DNA of 64,000 nucleotides. Source: Octopus vulgaris (Eukaryota). Shown one piece after another: positions 37,334-52,024 of the stretch; the stretch's first letter is position 1, and each line of letters starts with the position of its first letter. The DNA lies in NCBI GenBank assembly GCA_951406725.2, contig OX597822.1, forward strand, positions 114,886,001-114,950,000, written 5' to 3'. The translations under genes and the position numbers were made by a program. The notes below the pieces were generated by a model. It worked only from the letters and a program-made list of their open reading frames with translations. It searched no databases and had not been told where the DNA came from.

Positions 37334-37899
37334 TATAGATATAGATATATATACGCAGATACATGTATACGTATATAATACCTATATACATACACACACA
37401 CACACAGATATATATATACACATATATAATACACACACTCAGTAACTTCGTCTTGAAGCTGTTGAACGGGATCAGTTTGTCATGTACCCATTAGGGAATA
37501 GGAAGATATAATGAATAAATCGTGATAAATGTGTGAACATGGGTATATAGAATGCCGGAATTTAGTTAGGCGAGACGGAGAATGTAATGTCTATGAAACA
37601 GTGACTGGAGGACTTTAGTAAATGTAAACATGTAAACATAATAGTTTTGCGTTAGAAATCGTTTGGTATTCTTGTGAAAATATTTTTGATGAAGGGGCAT
37701 AAATCAATGAATGCAGATACAGGGAATGTTGCATCTAATGAAATTAAAGGCCAATGTAGTTAAAAGCTTTATAAACTGTAAGCTATCTGTATTTAAAATC
37801 TAATCACTTCTATGGGTCTTCAATGTGGTATTATCAACTCATTTTAAAATCAACACTTTAAATAATTTGGTCAGTAGCACTTTAGATGTTTATTGCATT

Positions 37900-38040
37900 G
37901 TGTGGTCTAATGGTTAGGGTGTTAAGCTCATGGTCATAGGATCTTGGGTTCGATTACTAGACTAGGCGGCTCGTTGTGCCTTTGTTCTAGGCGCTTTGTT
38001 TCACGTTGCTTCCGTCTACTCATCTGAACATGTTTACCAA
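37900..38040 (+). mobile_element. Old tRNA-derived SINE (family A-like)
   Basis: gtggtctaatggttag...gggttcgatt head plus ttgtttcacgttgct core. Confidence 0.55.
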
Positions 38041-38504
38041 CCCAGTGCTAGTGTAGCCGCCTCTCCTTCTAGTTGCTACATCCCGGGTGTTCTGCTAGCT
38101 CATGGGTGGAAGAATGGAGATACTTTCTATGTGTGCTTATGAGCACATGGGTGCCTAAAACATTTCCAGGAAAGGTACACGCTGCTACGTCATAAATACA
38201 CATGCAAGTGACAGCATGCATGTATGAATCTATATCAAGGCGAACGAAATATGACGCATATTATGCGTATATACTTTCTGAATGCATATGTATTAGGCGT
38301 TGGTTAGGTACATGTGTATATAGGTTTTCTGAGTACTTTTAATCCGTTTTCTTTCTTTAGCCAAATGTTGGCCCTTAATGAAAGGGTCAGTGGATTATGG
38401 TCGATTGGATTTATAGCATGTTTTCAACGAGGTACTAAAGATCATTTACTATTCCTTCTCACTTTCTACATCAATAGCTTAATAATTATTTTCTCTATAT
38501 TATA

Positions 38505-38875
38505 GGCACAGGCGTGACTGTGTGGTAAGAAGCTTGCTTTCCAGCCACATGGTTTCGGGTTCAGTCCCACTGCATGGCACCTTGGCAAGTGTCTTCTATT
38601 ATAGCCTCGGACCGACCAAAACCTTGTGACTGGACTTGGTAGACGGAACTGAAAGAAGCTTGTCGTATATATGTATATATATATGTATGTGTGTCCTTGT
38701 ATCTATATTTGCCCCCACACCATCGCATTTCAACCGATTTCGGTGTGTTTATGTCCCCTGTAACCTAGCGGTTCGTGAAAAGATACCGATGGAATTACTA
38801 GGCTAACAAAAAGTAAGTCTTGGGGTCGTATTCTTCGACTAGAACCCTTCAAGGTGGTGCTCTAGCATGGCCGCG
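38505..38875 (+). mobile_element. SINE family C, full length
   Basis: ggcacaggcgtgactgtgtggtaagaagcttgc head through gtgctctagcatggccgc. Confidence 0.9.
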
Positions 38876-38879
38876 CTAG

Positions 38880-39100
38880 AAGCAGCGCCAGATTTGCCCG
38901 TTCTGAGCAAGGTGTTCAAGTTGCGCAGGTTGAATGTTGCAGGAGTTGAGGGCACGCAGAACCTCTTCTTGGGTCCCCTGTTCGGGTGAACACTGGTTGA
39001 TAGCTCTCTGAAGAAAACTATTTTTGGGAGACAATTATCAGGTATCCTAATAACGTGACCGACCCATCTTAGAAGACGGCGTTGATATATGGATTCGTGC
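38880..39100 (-). mobile_element. RTE-clade LINE 3' fragment
   Basis: Minus strand QRRLLRWVGHVIRIPDNCLPKIVFFRELS....RGPKKRF. Confidence 0.75.
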
Positions 39101-39206
39101 TGCAGCTTAGTTCAACTAGTGTCCATAAAGATTTTTTTTTTGTAAAAATTCTATGTAATTTCATTAGTTTTCGTTAAATCTCAAATTCATTTGTAACAAA
39201 AACTTT

Positions 39207-39607
39207 ATTCTTTTCTACTTCAGGCACAAGTCCTGAAATTTTGGGGAAAGGGAACAGTCGATTAGATCGACCCCAGTACGTAACTGGTACTTAATCTATC
39301 GACCCCGAAAGGATGAAAGACAAAGTCGACCTCGGCGGAATTTGAGCTCAGAACGTAACGGCAGACGAAATACCTATTTCTTTAGTACCCACAAGGGGAT
39401 AAACACAGAGAGGAGAAACAAAGACAGACAAACGGATTAAGTCGATTATATCGACCACAGTGCGTAACTGGTACTTATTTAATCGACTCCGAAAGGATGA
39501 AAGGCAAAGTCGACCTCGGCGGAATTTGAACTCAGAACGTAGCGGCAGATGAAATACCGCGAAGCATTTCACCCGGCGTGCTAGCGTTTCTGCCAGTTCG
39601 CCGCCTT
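39207..39607 (-). mobile_element. SINE family B dimer
   Basis: Single head, junction gaaatac|ctatttc at 39373/4. Confidence 0.9.
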
Positions 39608-39989
39608 AAAAGAAAACCTTATTATAAGAAAATATAGGTAGTGCTCCAGAATAGCTGCAGTCAAATGACCGAAACAAGTACAAGAATAAAAGAGCAAAAT
39701 AATATCCAGAAGTGGAGGTAATACTGAAATCCAGTTCATCAGAGAACTTGCTGGTTAATTTGGTGGTTATTTATGTTTACAGGACTGGAATGCGTTAATG
39801 TGTTGCTAGCAATGTAAGGTGACTCTTCCTTTGTGTTAGTGAAGTAAATGTGATTGGCACTTCCCCATATGATGATGCTTTCAAGATCTCTATTCATGAA
39901 ATTGTTATAAATTTGGTGCGAAGTGTCTAAATTGCATGCGAATGATGTTTGAGTGGTTTGTTAAGAAGGGATGAAAGATGATATCATTT

Positions 39990-40900
39990 GCATATTCTAG
40001 TGGACGGGTGTTGTTACAGTTCGATGTATACAAAGAAGAGTATTAGTGGTTAGAACAGAACTCTTTAGCATTTCAGAATTGATAAAATGTATGTCAAAAA
40101 GAGTTCCGTCATCATACACCACAATGATGTGATCTAACAGGAACCCACCGTTCCAAGACACGAGAAGCGCTTGCATCGTAGAAGCGGGCGGGTAGTTATT
40201 CCTGGAGAGCGGTGTACTGAACACGATCAAAAGTTTTGCCGATATGGAGGTGAACAATGTTTTCGTCAAACTTCTCGAGAGCAAGATTCCATTGGTGTGT
40301 AACTTAAAAGAGTTGGACTCCAGTAGATTTAAATTTACGTAAGTCGTATTTATGGTTATTAAGGAGGTGGAGATATCCAAAGTGATATAGAAGTTTGTTG
40401 TTAATAGGGGTCTACTTCGTCTTTCTCGTGTTGGAAGTGATTATAACAGGGTGATAGTTTACTGAGTAAGTTTGGTTGCCCTCCTTGGGAATCGAGCGTA
40501 CGTTAGTCTACTTCCATATTCCAAAATATATCCATGTACAGAGAGGAGAGAGAGAGATAATAAATGGTTGATAAGGGATAGTTCTCAGATGTATTGTTTG
40601 CTAGAAAAGGAAGAGACATTGTCAGAGTTCATGAATTTATTTGCTCTAAGCGACTGAAAGTATTTTCCGCGCTTAGCATATCTGTACGAGTATTAACCTG
40701 GTAGAGTACAATTATTTACTGTATGCAGTGAATAATTGGACTTAGCACTGGTGATAAAGATGGAGGCTTTCTCTGCAGAAATACTGCTTACAGAAGTATT
40801 GTTGGGGAGTGAAAAAAGTGTGTCCCCTTAGATTGGATAGAGTTCCATTTTGCAATGGAGAAAAGGAACCGGTTGCAGTTCCGGAAACAGGATAGCTTGT
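39990..40900 (-). mobile_element. Decayed CR1/L2-type LINE (endonuclease and RT remnants)
   Basis: LNLLESNS..LH..G.LLSRS....ISAKLLIVFST resembles the HQ.GF..RST...DISKAFD.V region. Weak. Confidence 0.4.
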
Positions 40901-42815
40901 TAATTACGCATTGTACCGAGGCGTACTTCAAAGTTCGGACCTTTATAATGTTGAGTAAAAGTAATCTAGTTTATAGGGAAAAGTGATTTTCTAATGGCGT
41001 TGAAGCCATGTTTATTTATGTTTTTCTTTTGGTGGAGGGGTGGACTCAACTGTTTATTGCAGTCATGGGTACACCACTGGGGAGACTTTGAACTGTTAGT
41101 CTTTGTTTTGTGGGGGGTGGGGTGCTTAGGAAAATGGTTGCAGATGCCGACATCAGTTGATATTTCTTATGAATGAAGAGTAAAGCACATGCACCGCCAT
41201 GTCAACCGAAGAGGAACAGTTGCTATTCTTACTAGGTTCTCCCTTTTTAGAAACGAACGTTGTCTTTGTCATCAATAGCTTATTAAATCTGTGAAATACA
41301 TCAACATAAGAACCGTCGGATCACTAAAGGAATTAGAATATGCCCCTTAATATATAATCCAATCCACTTTGAATCATTAATTACATTCATTTTGAATGTT
41401 TGATTACTTAATAGTTGGTCGGTAGTTGATAAAGCCACTTCTCATTCTTTAGTCTTATCCACCATCGTTCATCATACCCACCACTCACACAACTTCTTAC
41501 TAGCTTTTAAACTGACACAACACCGTACGTTCACTTCTTTTCATTATTATTGAAACTTTCTCTATCATCTCGACCCTTAAACGAAGAACAAGTGCCTGAA
41601 TAATTTACATTCTTCGTCCCTCACGACACAGCAACTCAACAAACTTTTCTATGTTAAATAAATAACACATTACAACATTTAAATTCAGAAAGTGTGTTCT
41701 GTATTCAGACATTTCATATCATATATTTTACTCTCCATCATATGTTTCACCTTAAGAAGTTTTCTTTAAACAATAATCAAGTTACAGGTAGCTAAACAGG
41801 GAAATTTAACTAAATGGTGAGCTGTATACAATGTTACTACCTTATGTTGCTGTGAATAAAAAAAGTTTTTCGATAAGAATCGCAGTTTGAAACGTTGATA
41901 CTGTTTTGTGAATTCGTGATTAATATTTTACATTAACATTCTAATTGCTGCGTACTGTATTGATTTTTGTTGACAAGAGAATTTCCTTAAATTTTAATGG
42001 TTACATTTATTGTCGGTTTATCATTGACATCGCTAAAAATTATAAACATATGCCCTGAAGAACTGAATTAATTCATAACTCCATGAATCATTAATTAGAA
42101 AGAAATGAGAATAAATGGATCATAAAGTATTCTACAACACAGTAGTTATGATAACAGCTGTGTCTGAGCCTGTGCAAGTAATATGATTTTTTTCAAGAAA
42201 AGTTGACTATAAATATGAAAATATCCTGAATATGAAAATACCCATGGCAGCTGATTGTGAAATGGTCAACATTAATGGTGCCAACAAGTACTTCGTCATA
42301 GTTTTGAGATATTCTCAATTTGAAAATAAAATGCAACATGTGCTGCATGTCTTTTACAATGACATCGAGGAAACATTTGACGTATAGCAAAAAAGAAAAA
42401 GAAAATCCGCATCTATTATCTAGTTTAGAGGTGTTAGATTCGATCTCAGGTGTCAGCATATAAATCACTCAATGCAACCATTGGAAACACGACAGCTTGT
42501 ATTTAAAAATAAATGAACCTGTCAACACCTGAGCTAGTTCAGATCCATCCATCATACTGGTAAATATTCTCCGACTATGTTTTCATTGACAATAATTAGG
42601 GTTTCAAATTAGTGCCTTCCTCTCAATTCTATTTATGAGAAACCAATCCAACACCTTTTGTCTTTTTGTGGTACAAGCTGCTAAAGTGATTTTCATTTGA
42701 TTCTTTGTAGAAACACCATGCTAATGTGAACTAATTCGCAATAGGGATGTGTGTTTTGATTATTCTGGACTGCAGCAATAAAGACCATCAATCATTGATA
42801 TTAATGAACTGGAAG

Positions 42816-43032
42816 AAGGCGATGCCATGATGGAATCGTCAGCACGCCGTTCAAATTACCTAGCGGCATTTTCCCGGCTTTACATTTTAGGTTCAAATTT
42901 CGTCGAAGTAGACTTTGCCTTTCATCCAATCGGGATCGATAGAATAAGTACCGGTTGAGCACTGGAGTTAATGTAATCGACTTATCTCCACAACAACAAA
43001 ACTTCACGTCTTGTGCCTATGAAAGAAACGAT
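42816..43032 (+). mobile_element. SINE family B, diverged
   Basis: gaatcgtcagcacgccg...gactttgcctttcatcc...aataagtacc. Confidence 0.8.
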
Positions 43033-46000
43033 ATTATTGAGATGCAAGGTAGCGCATTCCAAATTAAATTCATTGTTATCTTCTAAATAAAAATATTGCT
43101 GCAGAGAGATATATTACATGAAATATTTCTACTATTTTTCATTTGCATGATTAATCGTAACGACATAGCTCCAATACAACTCATATTTTTTACTACAATA
43201 TATGTTAAAATATGTGATTTTCAAATATAATCGGAGCAGAATGAAATATAATTTCTTACAAATGCACAAAATCTCTTATGTACGTAAAAGATCATGAATA
43301 TTGTTTGTCATCCGTATTTCTCTTCAGAGAGTCATCTAAAGTCTAAGGAATTGGATTCATCTGACAATCGAAGCCGAAATACTAGCAGAACTGTTTCGAC
43401 GATTATTTCTTTCTCTGGTACACGCAGCATATATGCAGTATAAACGTGTTAAGATAAACCTTCAGGTCTGTACGAACCGAAACGTAACTATAGATCTGTA
43501 GAAAGTCGTTCCTGAACAACTGAACCTTTTGACTATATCATGGAAAAAATAATCAAAATAGCTCCACATTTATACAAGATTAATAAAATCTAAAGTGTTC
43601 GGTTACCATGAATAAAGTTCGCATATCTGAATAAGTTTGTATGTAGTAGTAATACGTGAATGTTAAAGTTTTGGACACAATCCAGCGTTTCTTTTCTATT
43701 GGTTCAGACAATTGCTATATGTGAACATTTGCTTTAAAAATCTAATAGGAGGAATTTTTTGTTTAGTAATTTATACTTAAAGTTATGAGAAATGATAGTT
43801 ACATTACAACTAGATCATATTCAATTGTCTTAGTAAAGACTCACTTGATATGCAGTACCCATAAGAAAGGTCGCCTCTCAGCTTTTATTTTCTTAGTGAA
43901 CTAAATATGCATCGCCAGACATTTACAATGCTATTGTCAGTAGTTTTTACAGCAGGCATAAACTATGAGGGAGTTTATAAACCAATTAGAGAGCTTGAAC
44001 GTAGTCGTTAGACCTGCTTAAAATAGAGAGCAAGTTTTAAAGAAAGAAACAAATGTTGAAAAATAAAGTAAATGTATTTTGACGGTTTTCAATGATGGGA
44101 TTTCATTTGTTCAATCAGCTCAAATTCTTTGCACATTGAATTGGTATGTAGCTGAGCATTCTACAAACTCGTGAACCTTAGCGTAAATTTCAGGCAGAAT
44201 CAGTGCGACAGTTTGTGACAGGGCTATACATCTGGACTAAAAGTCAAATCATCGGATGAATTTCGGCAGTTTCCGCTAACCCAATTTCACTCGAGGCAAT
44301 ACTAACAGATACTGTGAGGCATTTTGTGATCGAACTCGAGAACTCATGATTGCAAAGCGAATATCTTAAGCATTCAGCTACCCCTGTTTCTACAAAGAGC
44401 ATTAGATAAGATGCTTTCTTTGTTTATGTAAAGCTAGTACATCGATCGCAGGACATCGATCACTCAGTCTTTTCTAGATCTGTCCAGGTTTAACGTCCTT
44501 GCACACACACACACACACACAAAATGCATGGTTGTTCTTGCTTCCTATGTATCACTCACGGTCGTACGTACCCAAACATGATCTCGGTTTATTTCAAGTA
44601 CGACCTGACTTCTCTTTTTTTGCCGGTGCTTAACATCGAATAATTTAGCAATAGACATACCTAAAAAAGAGTGAATAATGGACATGCATGGATTGTCATT
44701 GATCATCGATGACTTCGATTACAGCTGACTTCGATTCATTAAACAAAAATGTTCCGGTCGTTTCCAATTATTTCAGCTCTCTAACAACACTGGTTTGATC
44801 TTCATTTGATTTTATCAATCTTTAAAAAGATAAAAAGAAAAGGATTTCTTAGGTTTATTACTTCCTTCAAAGAATATCACAACTCCAGCCATGCGATCCA
44901 ATTCACTGATCTTCATATTGGTTACTAAGTTATCAGTCAGTGCTCTACCAAACTTACTTTAATTTATGTATAACCTTTATACAGTCACCCAATTATTTCG
45001 TAACTCGATGGATAGAAACGTTTCAGAGTCAGTTAGAATATCTTGCGATATTTGTCCGGCTTTCTTCGTTCAATAATTCAAATCTCGGCGAAATTACCTT
45101 TGTCTCTTCATCGTTTTGTGATCGATAAAGTAATTAAGGACTATAGGGTGGCCGCTTAATATGATCGAATAGATCGGATTGCAATAATCTTTTAAATCTC
45201 TTTGTGCTCTGAGTTCAAATGCTGCCGAGGTCAACTTTGTCTTTCAGCCTTTCAGGGTCGATAAATAAAGCATCAGTATTGTACTGGGGTCAGTTCTTCA
45301 CGCAATCGTTTACAAAATCCTTTGTCGATGGCGGTTGTATTTACGTTTTGTATCTTGCATATGGTTTCCTTTTTGGCAGCTTCTGTTGTTATGTGGGGAG
45401 ATTGTACCAAGTTGATTTCTAATACTTTTCTGATCCTTACTCTTCCAATGACTAAAATCTGGAAATTCCAGGATTCTACCAAATGTGAGAAGCTTCTGCA
45501 CCTCGAATTTAATCTCTGACAAGTTGTACTATTACTATCACAAGTGACTGGCCAATTGTTGCAGTCGTTACGCTTCTCGCTGGGAAGGGGAAAAGGAGGA
45601 GAGACAACAACTATTTTTGCTGATCGCATTGGTAATATTCCCGTCTTGGCAACCTCCGTCAAAATCGCTGGGGACATTGCAAATGAACATGGTATAGAGT
45701 TTAGAAGAACTGCTGTTAGTAGTTGTAAATCTGTCAAGAACTCGTATAAGTAGGGCAAATTCAATGATTTTCTCCTTCTAAATATTCACCGGTAGGGTGT
45801 TACTTACTTATCGCCTTTCTTCTTCTTCTTCTTCTTCTTCTTCTTCTTCTTCCGTAGCCGGCATTTCGACGCCGTGAAGCTCAATTTAAAAAAGAAATTG
45901 AGGAAGGAGTTCAGGAAACAAGAACTACTTTCAGGTATCGATAAGAAGAAAGACACCCTTCTTTGTTTATTGAACAAAATAACTAACGAAATTAAATGCA

Positions 46001-47233
46001 CCAAAAGGAGGGGGAGGGGTGAGAACAATAACAACAAAGTCGTTGCAAAATGTTCAGTGTAAAGTAAAAATGATGAAGCTGAAAGAAAACTGCGATTGAG
46101 AGGAGTTTCTCTCCCCCAGTAACACTCTTCGTATCCAGTATGATATTGTTTTTGATATTTTATAGTATGTGTAATATTTGTGCGCGTTAATCGACACCAC
46201 AATACAGAAGCCTAATTTCATTGTTTATGAAGAATGCTTTGTGTTTTTATGTCTATTAAGAGCAAATAAATCTGAGTCAAAACATGCTGGAGTCGTCTCA
46301 GTTATCTTTATCCAATATCGAAAACAGACGTGATGTTGTTAGTATTGTGTGTTTCATAAAAGTCGGGAGGAGCAACACATTTTGAAGTTGAGTCGATAAT
46401 ATCGACCCCCTATTCATTATTTTATTGATTGATACTTCTTCTATCGATGTCTAAAAGATAAAAGAGAATTAAAACCTATATTTAGATATAATCCATTGTG
46501 TTAGAGCATCAGAAGGCAAAACATCATATGGTATTCATTGATTAAAGGTCTGCTTTGCCGAAGTGTTTAAAACAAAGTTGTATATATTTATATTTCACAT
46601 ATTCATGTACATTCAGATGAAGAGAAATAACTGTCACTGCAGCAACTGTCCCAGAAGGGTAAATACTCCTGATAACCTATATAGACATCGAGCTACCTAA
46701 AATCATTGTATGCCTTTTGATTGGTTCTATATTTGTTCAAGGGACTGGTTACACAATTGTTGATGTTGTCGATGACATCTGTTCCTTTTCTCAGGGGAGT
46801 GTCATGGGATTAAAGGTGTTGGCTCGTTTGACTCAAGGGTGAAAGTAAAGGTGGTGTGTACTAGGGCGGAGTTTTTAATGTCAATTAACTAAAGAGACAA
46901 AACAAGAGCTGAAATTAGGTCTCGAATTTGTTACGGTCGCAGCGCCGGTTGAGACGATGTAGTTGAAAGAAAGTTTAACTCGTTCTCATTCCTCGCTAGC
47001 TAATCAGATCGTTGATTTAGACGTATCTTTGTCTTTCCTAGCGTCTGTCTTCTTCACGACAGGACCCGTTTGATACATTCGTTGATATGATAGGAATGTA
47101 ACTCAGTTGTTGTGTCAACTTATTCAACCTGTCGTTGAAACTAAACTGTTGAGGGGAGATTTCCCTGGCAATAAAGTCGATTCGAGATGAAAAGAACCGT
47201 ACACCTTTAACTGATAATATATTTATCGATCGC

Positions 47234-47640
47234 AAGGCGGCTAGATGGCAGATATGTTAGCCCGCTGAGCGAAATGTTGTGCGGTATTTTGTCTGCCGCT
47301 ACGTTCTGAGTTCAAATTCCGCCGAGGTCGACTTTGCCTTTCATCCTTTCGGGGTCGATTAAATAAGTACCAGTTACGAACTGTGGTCGATATAATCGAC
47401 TGAATCCGTCTTTTGTCTGTCCTTGTTCGTCCCCTTTGTGTTTAGCCCCTTGTGGTTACTAAAGAAATAGGTATTTCGTCTGCCGCTACGTTCTGAGTTC
47501 AAATTCCGCCGAGGTCGACTTTGCCTTTCATCCTTTCGGAGTCGATAAATTAAGTACCAGTTTTATACTTGGGGCTAATCTAATCGACTGCCCTCCTGTC
47601 CCCCAAAAGTTTGGGCTTTGTGCCTAGAGTAGAAAAGAAT
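47234..47640 (+). mobile_element. SINE family B dimer
   Basis: Junction aaagaaatag|gtatttcgtc at 47470/1. The second unit carries the alternative tail gtgcctagagtagaaaagaat. Confidence 0.9.
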
Positions 47641-47647
47641 ATAATTG

Positions 47648-47876
47648 GGATCTTTATCTTTTGACCTACAAATTAAAAAAATATTTTGTAACCAAACACT
47701 TTCAAACTTCGGACACTGGTGGAATGTGTCATATAAAACATCTTTTACTCTTAGCACTTTTGAGAAAAAAACTTATATTTACGAAGTAATTTCACCCCTA
47801 TCAGTGTCCGAAGTTTGAAAGCGTTTAGTTACAAAAGATTATTTTTTAAAATCTGTAGGTCAAAAGGTAAAGATCC
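47648..47876. mobile_element. MITE with about 70-bp terminal inverted repeats (Merlin-like GG termini)
   Basis: ggatctttatcttttgacctaca...ttcaaacttcggacactg pairs with cagtgtccgaagtttgaa...tgtaggtcaaaaggtaaagatcc. Imperfect 8-bp TSD tataattg/tatactta. Confidence 0.75.
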
Positions 47877-48464
47877 TATACTTATCCATCGCTATTCCAC
47901 CCTACATAAAAAACAAAAATAATAATTTATGAAATGCAAAATTTTCCCCCGTTGGGGTTTGAACCCAGATGATACAGACTTGGAAAAATACTGCAACATA
48001 TTCTATCCGACGCAGTCATTTTGTTGGCATTCATAACAATTACGCTTAATATTTCAAACTGAAGCAACAGCAGGCCAATATAGATCACATAAATACTGTA
48101 ATTCTATTCATAAGTTCCTATTACACAGCGGTAAGCGGGATCTATGAGCAGTGTCAGGGAGTTAAATTTGAATAAAGGGCATATATAACATAGCGGTCAG
48201 TTGGTTCTTATCATTAAATGTCAAACAAGCGGGCGGGGAGGGAAACAGGTTCACTGACACATCTGGCAAGATTTCTAATACCACGGGAATTGATTTGGTT
48301 TCGTATCTCTACGACGGTGTGCGAAGTGTGTCAGTAGGGGATGGCTGGTTGGTAGAATCGTTGGAGCAACGGACTAAATACCTTGTGCTCTTTAGTTCTG
48401 ATCATTTACTATGTTGAACAGATCTACGAACAAAAGCCATTCCACTCGTGATCTGAGTTTTTTA

Positions 48465-49625
48465 CGAGGGTGAGTCAAAAATTATACTCACCCTTGTTTT
48501 TTCAATGTATCTACACAAAAGCAAGGGATAAATAAGTACGCCATTTTCTATATAGACTCCTTCATTTCTGATGCTCTTGGTCCAGTGGTCGACGAACTTG
48601 TGTATTCCCTCCAAGAAGAAGGTTTTCGGTTGGTCGTGCAACCATTTACGCACCGCCTTCCTACACATCTTCATCTGTAGGAAATCGACTACCTCGTAAG
48701 CTATCTTTGAGCGGTCCAAAGATATGATAGGCGGAAGGGACGACATCTGGGTTACAGACAGAGTATTCCAGCACCTCAAAACTCAATTGATTAATGGTTT
48801 TATCGGTCTGGTCGGCCGTGTGTGGGTGTATATTGTCATGCAGCAGCAAAACTTACTTCAAAAATAGGCTTCGGCGTTTGGTGCGAATTGCAGGCTTCAG
48901 TTTGTTAGCCAACAAAGCACTGTATCGTGCACTGTTGATCGTACAACTCTTTTCCAGGTAGTCTTCCAGTACAGGCCATTCTGAATCCCAAGAAAGGGTT
49001 AGCATCACCTTCCCTGCGTTAGACTGAGTCTTGAATTCCTTCGACGCTGGCAAGCCAGTATACTCTGTCTCTTGGAATCTGCCTCATAATGATGGACACA
49101 CGTTTCATCTGCTGTGACTATTCTGCTCAAATATTCACTCGTCCTTATTGTTGTAGCGATCGAATAAACGTTGGCAGACCTCAAGACGTTTGCACTTGTG
49201 CTCTGCAGTAAGCTTTCTTGGCACACATCTTGCACAGACTTTATGGAAGCCGATCTCATCGTAGAACCATGACTAATCTGCAGATAACGAGTTACTTCAT
49301 CGATGATAACTCACCGAGCTTGCCGAATCTTCTCGTCAGCGGTGGAGGCTGACTGGCGTCTTACACTCTGTCCGTGCGTCACGCTTGTCCGGCCACTTTC
49401 AAACTTCTCGTCTACTCATACACACCTGTACGCGGAAGTGCAATGTCTCCGCGTTGTGCTAAAAGCCTCCGAAGAATTTCAGCACCAGAGAAATCGGATC
49501 ACTGCTCTTTGTTCATCTTTGGTGCACATTGCTAGTGGAACGGCCGTAGTACCTACACTGTAAAGCCAGAAGAAATGGCGCTATCAGGTTCAAACTTCGA
49601 TCACGTGACCACAATAGAACCAACT
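48465..49625 (-). mobile_element. mariner transposon relic (irritans-like), transposase pseudogene
   Basis: MCTKDEQRAVIRFL, IVTADETCVHHYE, AGKVMLTL.WDSE, LLHDNIHPHTA, NPDVVPSAYHIFGPLK. TIR-like end ta|cgagggtgagtcaaaa at 48463. Confidence 0.85.
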
Positions 49626-49629
49626 ATAA

Positions 49630-49875
49630 GCATGCATGTGTGTGTGTGTGTGTGTGCATGAGATTGTGCCTGTGTTTGTCCCCCACCACCGCTCGACAAC
49701 TGGTGTTGGTGTGTTTACGTCCCCGTAACTTAGCAGTACAGCAAAGGCATCAGAGAGAATAAGTACTAGGTTTAAAAAAATAAGTCCTCGGATCCATTTG
49801 CTTCACTGAAAATCCTTCAAGGCAGTGCTCCAGTATGGCTGCAGTCAAATGACTGAGAGAAGTAAAAGAATAAAA
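49630..49875 (+). mobile_element. SINE family C 3' half
   Basis: tttgtcccccacc...gtccccgtaacttagc...gcagtcaaatgactga. Confidence 0.8.
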
Positions 49876-50122
49876 CAATATCTATAAAGAAAGTTCACGT
49901 TTATGAGATGAATATATCTATTTCACCATTTGATATCCATAAGATTCGCAGCCAGCATAACGGGAGAATAATTCATTTTAGTGCTTAATAAATCATGTCA
50001 CATGTCTGCATATGACTACACATTATACCTCTACGTATTGGTTTACAGTGTGGCATGTAGCCTGGTCCAATAAAGGAGGTTTCTCTTGAGTACCAACGGA
50101 TTAGATAAATCCATATACTGTG

Positions 50123-50174
<52 letters not shown>

Positions 50175-50209
50175 TAATAAATATTAGGAATAAATCCAAA
50201 TTTACAGTG

Positions 50210-50273
<64 letters not shown>

Positions 50274-50414
50274 TTGAGACATTCTTCAGGTGGTTTCAAA
50301 ACCTTCTTGGCGAGTTTTAAACTTTAAATTTTAATTTATATAAATTATTTTATGTATTGGCTTAGTCTTTCTTTGTTGATTTGCATAATAGTGGTTTTGT
50401 CTCAATATAATATA

Positions 50415-50463
<49 letters not shown>

Positions 50464-51699
50464 ATGCGAGGCTGTGTGATAAGAATCTTGCTTCCCAGTC
50501 ACATGGCTACGGGTTCAGTCACTGCATAGCTCCTTGGGCAAGTGTCTTCAACTATAGCCTCAACCGATGCTGGTATATTTATGTCTCCGTAACTTAGAGG
50601 TTCGGTAAAAGAGAGCTTTAGAAAAATTACTAGGCTCACAAAGGCTGTGCTGCAGTAAAATGACTGAAACAAGTGAAAGAATAAATTTATATATTTATAT
50701 ATATATAGACGGTTTTCTACACAGTTTATATGTCTGTGTTTATCAAATTCCACCATTCATTAATACACTGGTCGTCTTGATGCGTTAACAGATGAGATTT
50801 GCGAGAAATACCTCAGTGGAATCGAACCCACAACTGCGTGATTGCGAAACAAGCTTAACCTACCCAACAGTACGTTCAATTAAGATCGATCATGGTATCA
50901 ATTATGATATCAAGACAATCTGACCATGAGCTGCTGTTTGCTTTTTTTGTTGTTGTTTTTTACAAACAAAGATCTTTACTTTGAGCGTCGTCAGTTCGCC
51001 AAGCATTTGCCAGCAAAAGGCATCAAATGCATCTAGTTTAGTTTCACACCAAATTGCACCGAGCTGCCATGCTATTATGCTTGCACTCTGCTTCTAATTA
51101 TAGCCTGCTGATACCACAGTTGCCGATACGTCATCGTTCTCGTCCTACTTGTTTGTTTCGTTCATCTTCAGAACACTCCTAACTTAGCAGCCGTTGGGTC
51201 AATGACATTTTAACCATGACCCTCATACTTTGTTTCCCTTCAAGTATAGTATAACAAGGACTATATTATTCAATGTGCCTGTCTCTTTTTAGAACTGTGG
51301 AGTGGGATTTGAATGAGAAGTAACTGCTATTTCTACATTACTGTCGATTGCGAGGATGCTCATTCACTGGAACAGTTATAGTCTGTGTGTGTAATTACAG
51401 GTGATTGTCAGTTTAATTTCATTAGGTACGCATGTTACTCTTCCGAGGGACTGCTCCCATTATGTAATTTTTATTAAATTAAGTTTATACATTATAATAT
51501 TATATTATATCATATTATTTTATTTTATTTTTTATTATTGACCCTTATGAAGATTTATAAAGGCATGTTTGGATAACGAGAATAGGTCTCAATGTAATAA
51601 TAGTTATTTTATTATCATTTTTTTTTCACGATTTTATCCCAAACAAGACTTGAAGCTACTGGAGTGTAAGTGTGCGAGGAGATACAAAGGAGAAGAAAA

Positions 51700-52020
51700 G
51701 GGAGCCCAAAATTCAAACAATATCGATTGATAAAAAGCTTGAAGAATTTAACGTCATAGACCAGAGGGAAAACAAAGCGATGGTGATGGCAGGGAGTTCC
51801 AGAGAGCAGCAGTTCAAGGAAAGAAGTCATTAGAATAAAAGGATTTTGATTTAGAGGAAGCACAACAGGGAGACGATGCGCCTGGAAGAGATGCGACTGA
51901 CATGTTTAAATGTCTTGACAGAGAGTGTTAGAGAAGAAAGTTCATCAGAGAAATGACTATGATTATTCATAGAAATGACACAACGAAGATACGTTTTGAC
52001 AATGAGTCAATTTGTGTCTC
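51700..52020 (-). mobile_element. Degraded CR1/L2-type LINE 3' end
   Basis: NDFFP*TAALWNSLP...VFPLVYDVKFFKLFINR on the minus strand. Confidence 0.55.
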
Positions 52021-52024
52021 CCTA

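Noticed and set aside
45273-45764. 163-aa ORF as a host gene
   Set aside because: No recognisable domain or splice context. A faint resemblance to a decayed LINE RT (SAKIV...NDCNN) is too weak to call.
50272-50310. Additional hammerhead (CTGAAGA on the minus strand)
   Set aside because: Truncated by (TA)n immediately after the core, with no GAAA or stem III.
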